The position numbers were made by a program, and so were the translations under genes. This document shows positions 1 through 14,386 of a DNA stretch of 64,000 bases, one piece after another. Location: contig OX597819.1 of assembly GCA_951406725.2 (NCBI GenBank), positions 61,194,001 to 61,258,000 of the forward strand, read 5' to 3'. This DNA is from Octopus vulgaris. Its lineage: Eukaryota. The stretch's first letter is position 1. Each line of letters starts with the position of its first letter. The notes under the pieces were generated by a model. The model was not told the DNA's origin and searched no databases. It saw only the letters and a program-made list of their open reading frames with translations.

Positions 1-570
1 GGATTAAAGGCGGGTTTAGAAGTTAATATGTCGTTTGAAGGCATTTGTTGTTGGCAGAGAATAGCTATAAGAAAGAACACAAGTACACTTCTAAATTCAT
101 GTTAAACTGGGTAATTATACTGTGGGCGAGCAGTTATTTGATAAGCTAAATTGATGCTAATCATTTGAGAACTCACTAGAAATACATACAATCAGTCTTT
201 ATAGAAATAAGGGAAAAGAAATAAATGAGAGCAACACTAGACGGGATCCTGTCGATACGGAATTGTCTACAGAAGATCGATACCAATTCGTTTATAGAGA
301 TTAATAGTGGTGATAAACAAGTATGGGTCGATTAAAAATCACTGGTTCACTACATTTTTGTTGGCGAGAGTAAGAATGAATTTTTATTCGAAATACCAGC
401 CTTTATATTTTTACCTGTTTTTCTCTACGATATACTACGCCAAAAAACACACCGATACACAGGCTCGTAATGTCCCCTCTTAGCTGTGCGCGCACACAAG
501 TTTTACAATTAGCGCACAAAGGAAAACACAAGACTCCTTTTTATTCAGATAATTATCAAGCAATTCTCCT

Positions 571-1180
571 CGCCTGGAGAATTGCTAGAAAATATGAGAT
601 GTATAGTGAAAACAAACTGGACGATAGTACCCTGTCACCAGCGCCAGATTCAGGACAAATGAGGCCCTGTGATGGTTAAGTTACGAGGCCCCTTATTTAG
701 ACAGTCAGACATATATGCTCAGAAAATCCATAGTAATAAAATTTTGGGGTAGGAAGATGCCCTCCTCACTAGTCGCCAGGAGAACTCTTAGAAAATATGA
801 GATGTATAGTGAAAACGAACTGGACGATAGTACCCTGTCACCAGCGCCGGATTTAGGACAAATGAGGCCCTGTGATGGTTAAGTTATGAGGCCCCTTATT
901 TGGACAGTCAGACATATATGCTCAGGAAATTCGTTGTAAGAAAATTTTGAGGCAGAAATATGCCCTCCCCACTGGTCGCCAGGAGAATTGCTAGAAAATA
1001 TGAGATGTATAGTGAAAATAAACTGCACGATAGTACCATGTCACCAGCACAATATTTAGGACAAATGAGGCCCTGTGATGGTTAAGTTACAAAGTCCCTT
1101 ACTTGGACAGTCAGACATATATGCTCAGGAAATTCATTGTAAAAAAATTTGGGGGCAGGAAGATGCTCTCCCCACTGGTC
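571..1180. repeat. Three tandem copies of a 203-bp unit containing the left end of a hAT MITE
   Basis: Units start with cgcc(t/a)ggagaa at 571, 774 and 977 and align closely. Confidence 0.95.
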
Positions 1181-1232
1181 AACGGGACCCTGTGCTTAAG
1201 CATACCTAAGCACAATGGTAAATCGGGCACTG
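1045..1232. mobile_element. hAT-type MITE
   Basis: Termini CAGCGCCGGATTTA (best preserved in unit 2) / TAAATCGGGCACTG. 8-bp TSD cctgtcac at 631-638 (catgtcac at 1037-1044) and 1233-1240. Confidence 0.8.
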
Positions 1233-1341
1233 CCTGTCACCTAGTGAACGTTTTGTCACCAACAACATAACACATTGTACTGGATTACATAGTATCACTC
1301 AAACCGACTTGACACATGCATGAACATCATACACGCGCACG

Positions 1342-1400
<59 letters not shown>

Positions 1401-1669
1401 ACACACACACACACACTGTCTCACTAACATACAAACCCAAAGAATCCAACAAGAAGGTTACATTAAAAAGTAATAATCGAAAATACCTGAACGCTACATT
1501 AACATATTTCAATTTCTAGAGAAGACGCTATGAGGTCAAATGCTAAGGTTAAGAAATGCCCCAAAGAAAAGTGTCTAGGTTACTGGGTACAATCTCATTA
1601 TAATAAAAAAAAAAGCAACAAAAACTGCCGACATAATTATTTCGTATAACCAACATTACATTAACGAAT

Positions 1670-1713
<44 letters not shown>

Positions 1714-1779
1714 GTGTGTCGTGCGCATGACTAATAAACATCCTTGTTCTGTTCTCGCCTTCCTACGAAATGCATGACA

Positions 1780-1838
1780 CACCATCGCCATCGTTATCAC
1801 TATTAACAGCAACGCCATTATGGCAATCATAAATGTAC

Positions 1839-1873
<35 letters not shown>

Positions 1874-2110
1874 GCAGCAGCAGCAGCAGTCGTCGCCATC
1901 ATTATCATTGTCATCGTCGTCGTAATCAATATCATCATGACCAACACAATCATCACCATCATCACCCTCATAATCGTCGTCGTTGTCGCCGTTGTCGTCA
2001 TCAACATCATTACCAACACAACCATCATAATCATCATTATCATCATCATTATCACCATCATCATCATCAAAATTTCTACCACAGCCATTATTAGTGTTAC
2101 CGTGATAATC
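1780..2110. repeat. Degenerate trinucleotide repeat (ACT/GCA/CAT/GTC)
   Basis: Direct reading; explains the poly-T/I/V/M ORFs. Confidence 0.9.
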
Positions 2111-2209
2111 AACAGAAAAAAGAAACTAACCCATCACCACTTCGATTACCATTCTTGTCATCGATAAATATCAATCAGCCTCGTAACTACCATAAATACC
2201 AACAATCTT

Positions 2210-2423
2210 TTCTATTATAGGTACAAAGCCTGAAATTTGGCGGGAAGGAGGGACTAATCGATTTCATCGACCGCAGTGTTTCACTGGTACTAAATTTATC
2301 GATCCCGAAAGGATAAAAGACAGAATCGACCTCGGCGGAATTTGAACCCAGAACGTACCGACGGGCGGAATACTGCTAAGCATATCGTCCAGCGTGCTAC
2401 CAATTCTGCCAGCCCGCCGCCTT
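2210..2423 (-). mobile_element. tRNA-derived SINE, family B
   Basis: Reverse complement of the ggcggcgagctggcagaa...gttcaaattccgccgaggtcga...ggtcgataaattaagtaccag consensus repeated throughout the window; A/B-box-like head. Confidence 0.85.
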
Positions 2424-2554
2424 CCATAGATACCAGCAATGCCATCGATTTCTTTCTCATGGAGATCCAGTCTTCATAACCATGGTTTTTACCATCACTG
2501 TAGTGCCATAATGCCGTCTTCAGACACTACTAACCTCCATTACCCCAACAAGTA

Positions 2555-2726
2555 CGGGCAGGCGTGGGTGTGCGGTAAAAGGCTTGCTTCCCAGCCACAT
2601 GGTTCCGGGTTCAATCCTACTACGTCTTTTACTATAACCTTGGGCCGACGAGAACCTCGTGGGTGGATTCGGTAGACGGAAACTGAAAGAAACCCGTTGT
2701 GTATATATATATACGACGGACTTCTT

Positions 2727-2786
<60 letters not shown>

Positions 2787-4030
2787 TGTATGTATGTATG
2801 TATGTATGTATGTATGTATGTATGTATGTATGTATGTATGTATGTATGTATGTATGTATATAGGTACATGACGTCACCAACGGTGCAAATAACATGAAAT
2901 ATGTAAACAACGAGAAAAAATGGAAAACAGGATAAGTTAGGACAGAGAAAGGACTCTTCATCAGTTGTCGGCTGTCTATCTATTCATCGGTGTCCCAAAA
3001 GTCACTAGTCACTATACATTTTCTTTTTTTACTATTTCGTTCCAGGTATCATTCGGAGAGACGTGGGGCCATCAGCATTTGACACCATAGACTTTGCAGT
3101 TTACCCTTGCCCATGGCACGCCAGTTGATGTTAGAGAAGCGTTGCAAAACTGCCGCCTAGAAAGAAGATTTTCAGTCCCCTATTGCAGTTCATCGCAAGT
3201 TTGAGAAGGTTTATGGCCATTACACTGCTCCAATGCGTAGCACATTTTATGCTATCCGTAGTAAGTTTCTCGGAAGAGGATCTGTTCTTGACAAACCACG
3301 CAGCGGAAGACCTGGTACTACCACTACTGACGAAAACACCAAACTACTGAAGTAGGCGTTCGCGAAAAGCCAGAGGAAGTCCATCGAGAGGACTACACTG
3401 GAACTTAGAAACTGATAAATCTCTAGCCGTACCGACTTCAGGTTATTCAAAGGTTTCACGCGGAAGATTATGATACTCGTGTGGAAATGTGTGAATCACT
3501 CCTCCACCTTTACCAAAACGATTTTCAATTCTTAGAAAAGTTATGGTTCAGCGATGAGTCTACTTTCATCTCTCTGGTTGGGTAAACCGACACAATTGTC
3601 GAATTTGGAAAAAATCAAAACCAGTAGAAATACTCGAACATGAACGAGACTCTCTGAACCTGGTGGTATGGTGTGCTATGGGCAAGGGAATGATACACTT
3701 ACAAAATCTGCGAAGTCTAAGGTGTCAAATGCTGATGGCCTTACGTCTCTCTGAATGATACCTGAAACGAAATAGAAAAAAGAAAGTGTTTAGTGACTTT
3801 ATGGACACCCTGTATGTATTTGTGTGTCTGTGTTTGTCTTCCCACCATCACTTGACAACCGATGTTGGTGTGTTTACGTCCCCGAAACTTAGCGGTTCGG
3901 CACAAGATACCGATAGAATAAGTACTAGGTTTACAAATAATAAGTCCTGGGGTCGATTTGCCCGACTAAAGGCGGTGCTCCAGCATGACGGTAGTCAAAT
4001 AACTGAAACAAGGTAAAGAATAAAAGAATA
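2555..4030 (+). mobile_element. tRNA-derived SINE, family A, split by insertions in its internal microsatellite
   Basis: 5' half at 2555-2730 and 3' half at 3813-4030 match the intact copy at 56718-57178. Confidence 0.85.
2988..3812 (+). mobile_element. Decayed, internally deleted Tc1/mariner transposon
   Basis: ~110-bp TIRs (ggtgtcccaaaagtcact... / ...agtgactttatggacaccctg|ta). Remnant peptides GSVLDKPRSGRP, WFSDESTF, GWVNRHNCRIW, LVVWCA. Confidence 0.85.
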
Positions 4031-4039
4031 TATATCTAT

Positions 4040-4071
<32 letters not shown>

Positions 4072-4265
4072 TTGTCCCCATACCCCGCTTGACAACTGGT
4101 GGTGATTGTTTACGTCCACTAACTTAGCTATTAGGCAAAAAGAGACCTATAGAATATGTACACAATTGAAAAAAATGTACTGGTGCCAACTCATTCAACT
4201 AAATATTCAAGGCAAGTGCTCCAGCATGGCCGCAGTCTAGTAACTGAAACAAGTAAAAAGATAAA
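4040..4265 (+). mobile_element. SINE family A, 3' half (diverged)
   Basis: gtgctccagcatggccgcagt...actgaaacaagtaaaa tail. Confidence 0.75.
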
Positions 4266-4329
4266 ATATAACCATAATCCTAATCCTCAGTCATCGCCAT
4301 TATTAAGATAATTCTAAATCAAGTCTTTC

Positions 4330-4740
4330 CCCGCCCCAAAAGAAGGTACGTACCATCACGACCACCGTCAGTACCATCTCCACTACAACCAACAAGAATA
4401 CCACGACTACCACCACCACCAATTACAACAATACAGTCAGCAAAACCATTACCGCCGCCACCACCACCACCAAAAACAACAACGTTAAAATCAACAAGAC
4501 CATCACCATCATCATCACCACCATCACTACCACCACCACCATCATCATCACCACCATCACTACCACCACCACCACCATCACCACAACCACCACCATCACC
4601 ACAACCACCACCACCACCACAATCAACAACACCTCCATCACCACTCCCACCTCCATAATCAACAACAAAACTACCTCAGTCACAGCATCATCATTATCAC
4701 CCCCACCACCTCTAACGCCATTACGATCTTCAAAATCACT
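4330..4740. repeat. (ACC/ATC)n low-complexity tract
   Basis: Direct reading. Confidence 0.9.
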
Positions 4741-5181
4741 GCCCGACACCCCCGTCACTGCCCGACACCCCCGTCACCCCGTCTTTCCCGTCACTCATCA
4801 CAACGTCTAACACCTCCAGACACCAGCAGCATCACCGTCGTCATCATCACCACAGCAGCAACTACTTGCATCCTTATTCTTCATCTTTGACACCAATATA
4901 CCAAGATTCTCTTCCTGCCAGATCGTAAATAGACAAAGAACAACAACAACAACAACAACAAAAAAAACTCCAAAAATACCAAACAAAAGCAATACAAAAC
5001 ACACTTTGTAAAAGAGGCAAACAAAAATGAGAAAAGGAGAAATGAAATGATAAAAAAGTTACAAAGCAAAAACAAAATCACAAGAAGAGAAAATGTGAGA
5101 AAAGTTCGTAGTCGACAAAGACGCTGATTAATCTTTAATGTATTCGCGTTTGAGGACATGCACTCAGGGACGCTAGTGTCA

Positions 5182-5218
<37 letters not shown>

Positions 5219-5263
5219 GAGTGTGTGTGTGTATGTATGTATGTATGTGTGTGTGTGTAGCGT

Positions 5264-5304
<41 letters not shown>

Positions 5305-5343
5305 GTATATATTAATGTATATGTACATATATTTATGTGTGAG

Positions 5344-5457
<114 letters not shown>

Positions 5458-5460
5458 ATA

Positions 5461-5755
5461 TACTTTGATACTTTGATAGGTTTTGGCCATTATTGGCCCA
5501 GGCCATGTCTAACTTAATAGCACCACCTGGTGAAGTCTTTCAAGTCAGAATTTGGGCACTATGGCCCACTCAAGTAGAGAGTTATTGTTTACAGAGACAT
5601 ATCCAGGTGTAGGGGGTTTATCCGGGATTTCTTGAAGGAATCTGTCCAAAGACTTCTTGAACCCTATAGGGTCAGTTTCTGTTTTAATGTGTTTTGGTGT
5701 AATGTTAAAGAGAGCGGGGCCAATTGAGGTGAAATAATTGTGCCGTATTGTTGTT
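5461..5755 (-). mobile_element. 3' end of a LINE (CR1/L2-like ORF2 C-terminus + 3' UTR) inside (TA)n
   Basis: [13 protein letters not shown]...[16 protein letters not shown] resembles LINE ORF2 C-termini; tail repeat (tatcaaag)2; (TA)n on both sides. Confidence 0.75.
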
Positions 5756-5777
5756 ATATATACATATATATATATAC

Positions 5778-5963
<186 letters not shown>

Positions 5964-6107
5964 TATATACATATATATATATATATACATATGTATATAT
6001 TTATGCATATGTACATATATTTATGTGTGAGTATATAATATATATATATATGTATACATATATATAGGAGACCAAAAGTGTACTACGCCGATATATATAT
6101 ATATATA

Positions 6108-6267
6108 TAACAAAACAAAAATGGAACAAGAACGTAACAGGCAACAACAAAACACGAGGACAGTTAGACGATACAAAAAAAAAGACAGGAAAAAACAAGG
6201 ACAGGTCATTCGGAACTTTCTTTCGTCATTCGAGCACCAGATCGTCGTTGCAGTTTCGACCGGTTAT

Positions 6268-6270
<3 letters not shown>
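6108..6270. repeat. Short interspersed repeat in microsatellite, related to 20990-21135
   Basis: caaggacaggtcattcgga and cagatcgtcgttgcagtttcg segments recur, partly inverted, at 20990-21135. Confidence 0.55.
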
Positions 6271-6330
<60 letters not shown>

Positions 6331-7499
6331 CTCGTATATATGTATGTATATATGTATATATGTATATATATCTATTTATATATATGTATATGTATGCATA
6401 TATGTTTGTGTGTATACGTGTATGCATATATATGTCTGTGTGTGTATACGTGTATATATATATATATATATGTATATGTGTACATGTGTGTGCGTGCGTG
6501 CATGCATGCATGTGTGCATGCGTGCGTGCGTGCATACGTACATACATACATACATACATACATACATACATACATACATACATACATACATACATACATA
6601 CATACATACATACATAGAGTGGCGCAGCAACGAAATTTGCTTAGGTGGTGCAAACTCTGGTCCAAAATTTTTTACAAACAAGGCCTATTTTATTTTGTTG
6701 AATCTTAATATCAAAACAAACACAGATGTAATACTTTTTTATTAATCTACAGGGAAAACTAATGCTTCAAATCACTCCATAAGTTCTGTGCTCACTCGTT
6801 TTGGCGACGAAGTCTTCATTGCACAAGCGTTTACGTACATGCATTATTGCATTGTGTGTCAAGCGATATTGCAGCATAACTTTGAGCCCAGCTCAATGTT
6901 TTGGCAATAAAATTATCCAGAATAGCCTTGGTTAGTATCTCCAAAGTGTAGCCAGGAGAAAACTTTCATGGACCTCCTAGTTTTCGGAAACATAGCAATA
7001 TGTCAGAGCAATCACATATAATTCCAATAAACATGGAATCTTCAAAATTTACAAAGATCCCTATGACATGTGTTAGCTTTGATTTCAAAGACTCAACTAG
7101 TAACTCCTTTTATCTTTTACTAAGAACATTCCTCGATCCTTCAACAATGGAACTGCGAACTACTATTATCTTTCCCTAAAGACTTCCTTAATTCTCTGAT
7201 CATAGACGTGCTAACCACTATTATCTTTCACTAAGTATGTCCTTTAATTCTTCGATAAACTACTAATATCCTTTATTAAAGATATTCTTTAATTCTTTCT
7301 CTCCAAAGACGGAATAGTTGGCTTACATGGAAATCTTTGCTCAATGACATATGACCCACATGCTCAGCTATTCTAGAAAGAACTGTAAGAAATTTTACGT
7401 ATTATTTTTTAATCAAATATTAACTATAGCTACTCTGTAATTATGTTTGAATTATAAATTACATATTTTACTTGTTCACCTGACTTTCTACTTGGCCTT

Positions 7500-8220
7500 C
7501 CTAAAATTCAAGTTCATGAAGAGTGTTATTTATGTGTTTTGCCCTCTTTGAACCATATACAGATAATTGTATAATGGTGTGGGTGGAAATAGCTGTGGGA
7601 ATGATCTGAACATTGTGAGTCAAGTCTGTATTGGTGGTAAAGACCAGGACTGGATGGGTAATGAGTTGTTGCATGAGGAAGTCTTTTAGTAGTATTGAAA
7701 ACATCATTCATATCTCTCCTGTTCAGTTGTATAATTCCAGGATGGATATAACCCTCTGGCCAGCTGAAACTAGGAATATTAAAACTCCCTGCTAAAAGTA
7801 CACTGGCCTGTGGGCTAACCGTATTTAAGGTTTGGCTTATAAGCGACAAAGTACCTTTGAAGTGATCTCCGAGGTTAGCTGCATCAGGAAGACAGCAGAT
7901 AATGCCTGTGATCAAATTCAGGTCAATTACATGCATTATTAGTGTATCGTATGCTGTGTTGGAAAGGAAGAAGAGAACATTTGTTGCCAAGTCTTCTTGG
8001 ATAAAGATCGCCATTTCTCCTTCTTTCCATATTCTACTGTCAGTTCTGAGCAGTACATAACCTGTTCTTTCGCATGCAATATGTCTGTGGTTAGGTGTGT
8101 TTCACTTAGTACGATACATATTGTCTTTTCTCACTGTACGAGGTCTTTCTCGCTGTGCAAGGTCTCTAAGATATGATACTTTTGTTCGATTTGAAAGATC
8201 TTGTACATTCGGCATTATTA
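7500..8220 (-). pseudogene. Decayed AP-endonuclease domain of a CR1/L2-like LINE
   Basis: SETHL, GYVLLRTD, LLAGSFNIPSFSW (cf. GDFN.P.I.W) and QLITHP motifs with frameshifts. Confidence 0.7.
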
Positions 8221-8469
8221 TAGAGTTGAGTGCGTGAGTTAGAGACAGCAATGGTATGGTTGTGCTTTAGGGTAATAGCAGTGGTTGGATTTTTTCTGTG
8301 TGGGAGGAAGAGGTCTAATTGTTATAGTTCATTCTCTTTTTTTTTCTAAGCCTGGAAAAGGTAAGTAAGGGATGCAATATTGAATTTGGCACTCACACAA
8401 AATTTTAAGGAGTGCAAGTGCAACCTCTGTTTCCGAGCCCTTGTATACATATATACATCCACACAATTT

Positions 8470-8470
8470 C

Positions 8471-8504
<34 letters not shown>

Positions 8505-8630
8505 AAATATTTATACATACATATATATACATATATATATATATACATATTTATACATATATATACATACATATTTATACATATATATACATACATATAT
8601 ATATATATACATATATATATATACATATAC

Positions 8631-8664
<34 letters not shown>

Positions 8665-8718
8665 ACATATACATACATACATATATATACATACATATAC
8701 ATACATATATATACATAC

Positions 8719-8763
<45 letters not shown>

Positions 8764-9412
8764 CATACATATATATATATACACACATATATATATATAC
8801 ATATATATATACATACATGTACATACATATATATACATACATATACATACATACATGTACATACATACATATACATACATACATGTACATACATACATAT
8901 ATGTAAATATATACATACATATACATACATACATGTACATACATATATATATGTAAATATGTACATACATATATATATATATATAAACATATATGTATAT
9001 ATATGCATATATATATGCATATATATATATATATACATACATATATACATATATATACATACATACATACATATATACATATATATACATACATACATAC
9101 ATATATACATATATATACATACATACATATATACATATATATATACATATATATACACATATATATACATATATATATACATATATATACATACATACAT
9201 ATATACATATATATACATACATACATATATACATATATATACATACATACATATATACATATATATATACATATATATACATACATATATATATACATAT
9301 ATATACATACATACATATATACATATATATACATACATACATATATACATATATATACATACATACATATGTATACATATATATATATATATATACACAC
9401 ACACATATATAT
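8470..9412. repeat. ~940-bp compound (TA)n/(TACA)n microsatellite
   Basis: Direct reading. Confidence 0.97.
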
Positions 9413-9976
9413 TCATAGAGAGAGTCACCGAGAGAGCGTAGCCTGTATACGCATATCATTATGTATATACATTTGCGTGCGTGTATGTGTGTGTGCGCAT
9501 GTATATTTTTATGTGTGGGGGTGTGTATATGTATTATAAGTGTTCTTGGTTTTTGCTTCTTGTTTTTTTTTCTTTATATTTTAGTTATTGCCACTTTAAA
9601 TCCATTGAAGTATATCGGTCAGTGTTAATTTGTGAGGGCGAAAAGTCATGGGAAAATGAAATGAAGAGAAAACGCTGTTTTCAAAGAAATTTCATGTGTA
9701 ACAAATAAAGAAACTTGTTGACCTTTACTAAACCTGGGTCACGACTTACCAACGTTTCGTTTTTGTTATTCTGCAATATAACACACACACACACACACAC
9801 ACGCATGACAGCACACGTACTCACACAAAAAGACATGTATACACATACAGACGAGCACAGGCACATATATATTCATAAATACATAGAAATATACATACAC
9901 GTACGCGTGTGTGCTTGAGTGTTTGTGCGCGCGTGTGTGCGTACATCTAATCAGATATGTCTGTATACATATATAT

Positions 9977-10252
9977 ACTCTTTTACTTGTTTCAGTCACG
10001 TGACAGTGGCTATGTTGGAGCACCACCTTTAGTCAAGTAAATTTTTCTTTGTAAATTATTCTCTGTAAGCCTAGTACTTATTCTATCGGTCTCTTTTGCC
10101 GAACCGCTAAATTACGGGGACGTAAACACACCAGCATCGGTAGTCAAGCTATGTTAAGGGGGGGGGGGGCAAACACAGACACAAACATATACACACGCAT
10201 ACATATGTATATATATATATATATATACATATATACGACGGGCTTCATTCAG
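9977..10252 (-). mobile_element. SINE family A, 3' part
   Basis: Reverse complement of family A 3' half. Confidence 0.85.
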
Positions 10253-10618
10253 TTATGGTTATATTTTCTAAAACTCTTAGTTCCAACAGCACATGCACGT
10301 GAAATTTATTTTATAAAATAATGAAACAAACGGTTTCTGATGTATACAAATATAAAACCAAATTACCGGCGCTTTTTCCCCCCACTTAAAATGTAATTCA
10401 ACTGTAGGAAATAGAAGACATCATAAAGGAATATAAGTCCGAGAGCTAACGATGTTAGCATACGCGCTAACGCTCAGGAACGCACTCACGGATGCTCTCA
10501 CACACACACACACACAAATTTATTTTGGTACAATTTAGAAACTGTAATATTGTTTCAGTACAGTTACCTCTGTAGAAATGAATGTTTCAGATGTTACTAG
10601 GCCGAAAAACTATACGTA

Positions 10619-10697
<79 letters not shown>

Positions 10698-11854
10698 ACA
10701 CATACACACACACACACACACTGTGTTTAATTTCCAGCATTACAATGGAAACCTTGTCTCTTTAAGGTTTGGCCCCGTGTAAAAGGTTGAATTCTATTCT
10801 TGTACAAAATCTCTTTGCTCGTGTTCTAAGAATATCGCAAACTTATTTGCAAGAATAATAGACATAACTCATATGGGACCTGAAATTCTCTTTTTTGCAT
10901 TCATCTGGGTTCTTTTGGGGCTTCTTATGTGTGTCTTAAATTAACGATTCGTTTTCTTAACAGCATTTAAAAATATATTTGAAAATTACGCAATAACCAG
11001 ATTGTTAATTTATTTTCAATTTATCCAGTATCCTGATATTCCAAATAAACTTGCAATTTCAATCTTGGATTTCGTCAGGATAATTTTGAATTTTAACTTG
11101 AACGATTATTATTATTGTGTATTTTGTTCTATTTCCGGAGGGTCGTTATGCCAGCAATAAGCACACGCACTTACCTTTTTATGTATCATTCTTCATAAAC
11201 ACACAATAGATAGGCTACTTAGTGTAGCATTTGTCCTAGGATAACATCTCTTATGAACTTACTGTATTAAAAACACAATAAATATCAGAGAGACGAAAAT
11301 CCGTTCCAGTAGCGGCTTGTGAGACTGTCAGATACATTTCGGCCTTGTGGCATCTTTTCAATGGCTCGTATTTGTAACCAGTCACATGCACCAACGGGAA
11401 TTCTTCGTCTTTGGTTAAGGAAATAATTCGTCAGGGAGGAGAGGGCAACTCCCATGATCCTGTATTTTTTCAGGCCTCATCCTCCAAGACTGGTGGGATT
11501 AAAATAGAAAGTTATCTATAAATCGATCTGGCCTAAACGCTTGCAACAGGGCACGATAGAGGCATCAAATGACCAGGTAGTATTTTAAATCGAGCGACGA
11601 ATTAATCTCACTATACAAAAGGAGATTATAACAAACCTAGATGTAAGCAACAAAGGGGATTTTAGGTTCGATATGATCCGTATCTTTCTATATACTTATA
11701 TATTCGTGTTATCCTTAGAACACGGTCAATGACATTCTATACAAGAATATATTGATCCTTTCTTTTTGCAGAGATAAACTCCAAGAACCCAGAATGCAAA
11801 GTGCAGGAACAAATACTGCAAGAGAACCGCAGAGTTCCACCAGACTACCACCTC

Positions 11855-12001
11855 CTGGACTAGTACTTTATTTTATCGATCCCCTGAAAGATAAAAGACA
11901 AAGCTGCCCTCGGTGGGATTTGAACTCAGAGCGCAGTAAACCAGAACAAAGAGCGTAATATATTTCGTCATACGCCCTAATGACTCTGCTATTTCGCTGC
12001 C
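11855..12001 (-). mobile_element. SINE family B, decayed
   Basis: ttttatcgatcccc...gatttgaactcag. Confidence 0.65.
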
Positions 12002-12906
12002 GAACATAAGTACAATTAACGATCACTGGTTTATATTCCATGCTTCTTCAAAACCTCCTTCTTACTACAACTATACTCATTCTTTATTGAAAATTAGTCT
12101 TAGGATATGGTTTGGACATGCTATCGCCAACTATTTCTTCTTCAATAATTTATTGAAGAAACGATTATTGTGTTTTCAGAATTAAGTAGCACCGCTCTTC
12201 GTAGTCTTCCTCATATTGTTGCTTAAACTCCAGAGGGATTAATATTTCAGTATAAAGAGGCTTTTATCACAACATAGATTTTTAAAAAAATGAACAATAG
12301 AAGGTAAATGTAAGGATTTATCTAAAGAATATAACAATAGAAGAGTAACCATTACTACTTTGAATGACCAACTAGAAGTGTGTGGCAGCCATCGAATCCT
12401 AATGTTCAACTCTCGTGCAAATAGGATTTTGTATTGTAAACAAAATGGCAATGGTAGTGCATCGAACAATACAATATCTTTGTTTTTAATTCAAATACCA
12501 AGAGTCCAGGATAAGGAGAAGATACAAAAACCGATAAATGCGTATGATCGTAATGGTAATCGATATGAACCGGTGGATTTGATTAGAGGAACAATGAATT
12601 GAAGGGGTGATTCATTAGGACTGAAGAAGAATAGGGCTAACAGCCGTGTATTTATCTGCATCTGTTTACTTGTTAGCCATCTTGCTGTTAAGATAACATT
12701 TCATGTCCAGAGACAGTGTCGTCTTGTCTGTACTTTGTTATACGTTTCCTTTCCCCCACCCACTCTCTCTCTTATTCAATCTCTCTCTTTTCTTTTCTTT
12801 TCTTCGCGTACTTAATGACACCGTTAGTAATAATTATACACAGGCCAACAAATAGATTTATTCTTTCTCTTATGCGTTATCGCTTTTAATGGGATTGGCT
12901 CTAAAG

Positions 12907-12956
<50 letters not shown>

Positions 12957-13226
12957 GCATGTATATATGTATATATATATATGCATGTATGTATGTATGT
13001 ATATATATATATATGTGTGTGTGAGTGTGTATATAAATATATATATGTATGTATATATATCTATATGTGTATGTGTATATATATAAATATACGTATACAT
13101 ATTTACACGTACGCGCGCGCGAAAACGCACACACACGCTCATACACACATATATATGCACACACACAGGTATATGCATACAAATATATATGCATATATAT
13201 CTGCACATATATAACTATGTGTTATA

Positions 13227-13399
13227 TGCGCAGGAGTGGCTGTGTGGTAAGTAGCTTGCTTACCAACCACATGGTTCCGGGTGCAGTCCCACTGTGTGGC
13301 ACCTTGGGCAAGTGTCTTCCACTATAGCCTCAGGCCGACTAAAGCCTTGTGAGTGGATTTGTTAGGCGGAAACTGAAAGAAGCCCGTCTTATGTATGTA

Positions 13400-13445
<46 letters not shown>

Positions 13446-13680
13446 TGTATGTGTGTTTGTGTTTGGGTGTCTGTATTTGTCCCCCCAGCATCGCTTGACT
13501 ACAGATGCTGGTGCGTTTGCGTCCCCGTAACTTAGCGGTTCGGCAAAAGATACCGATAGATTAAGTACTAGGCTTACAAAGAATAAGTCCTGGGGTCGAT
13601 TTGCTCGTGCAAAGGTGGTGCTCCAGCATGGCCGCAGTCAACGTGTTTCAGTCAAATGACTTAAACATGTAAAAAAGAAA
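13227..13680 (+). mobile_element. SINE family A, full length
   Basis: gcgcaggagtggctgtgtggtaag head, accttgggcaagtgtctt core, internal (TA)n(TG)n, 3' half. Confidence 0.92.
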
Positions 13681-13949
13681 AATGAGTATATGTGTATATA
13701 TATAGAGAGAAAGACAAAGAAAGGAAGTGAAAGGGAGATATAGATATGTGAATATAATGACAGAATGTGTGTGTGTTGTATTAACACAGGGTATTACAAA
13801 TCTATAAAACAGTGATGTAACGACCGTCTACTCCAGCTAATGTGTCCCTTAACCTGACATCGAAGCCCCACGGTTAGGTGAGAATTTGAGTTCCTGCCCT
13901 ACCACGCCAGCCCACAGACTGCTGGCACAGATCGACTGTCGATTTGATT

Positions 13950-14100
13950 AGAGAAAGTACTTGACTGGGCACTTTATTTTATCTACGCTGGAAAGATGAA
14001 CGGGTAGCGTAAATTTAATAGGATTTGACCGCAGAGTATAAAGAGCCGAAACGACTATCGCAAGGCTTTTTTCGGACGCTCTAACTGGTCCACCATTCTC
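13950..14100 (-). mobile_element. SINE family B, strongly decayed
   Basis: Partial match to family B consensus. Confidence 0.5.
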
Positions 14101-14386
14101 AGCAACAAATAACTCTAAACCAATTTTACAGTAAGGACGGTCACAAAAACGTGGTTCCAAATCAGAAGTTTCTTTTTATCATTGCATCTGCTAATTTTTA
14201 TCTACAATTATTGTCTATGGTGGTGTCTGAAAAGCGAGAGAGTTTTTTTATAGTGAGGATCTAAAAAAGCTAACTGCGGTTAAAACTTGGAAAACTGTTT
14301 ATTAGTTGTACCCCAGGCGGGTCATTATGTCAATAATATACAACCGCACTGGTTTTATTTCACTTCTTTTATTAGTATTAGTTAAT

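Noticed and set aside
571-1180. Regular repeats as a CRISPR array
   Set aside because: Contiguous 203-bp units without unique spacers; eukaryotic context; no cas genes.
2940-2987. CTGATGA on the minus strand as another HHR
   Set aside because: No GAAA or closing stems visible; truncated by the mariner element.
8380-9539. Long ORFs of 140-353 aa ([12 protein letters not shown]), and similar ones throughout the window
   Set aside because: Translations of stop-free microsatellites; no coding signature.
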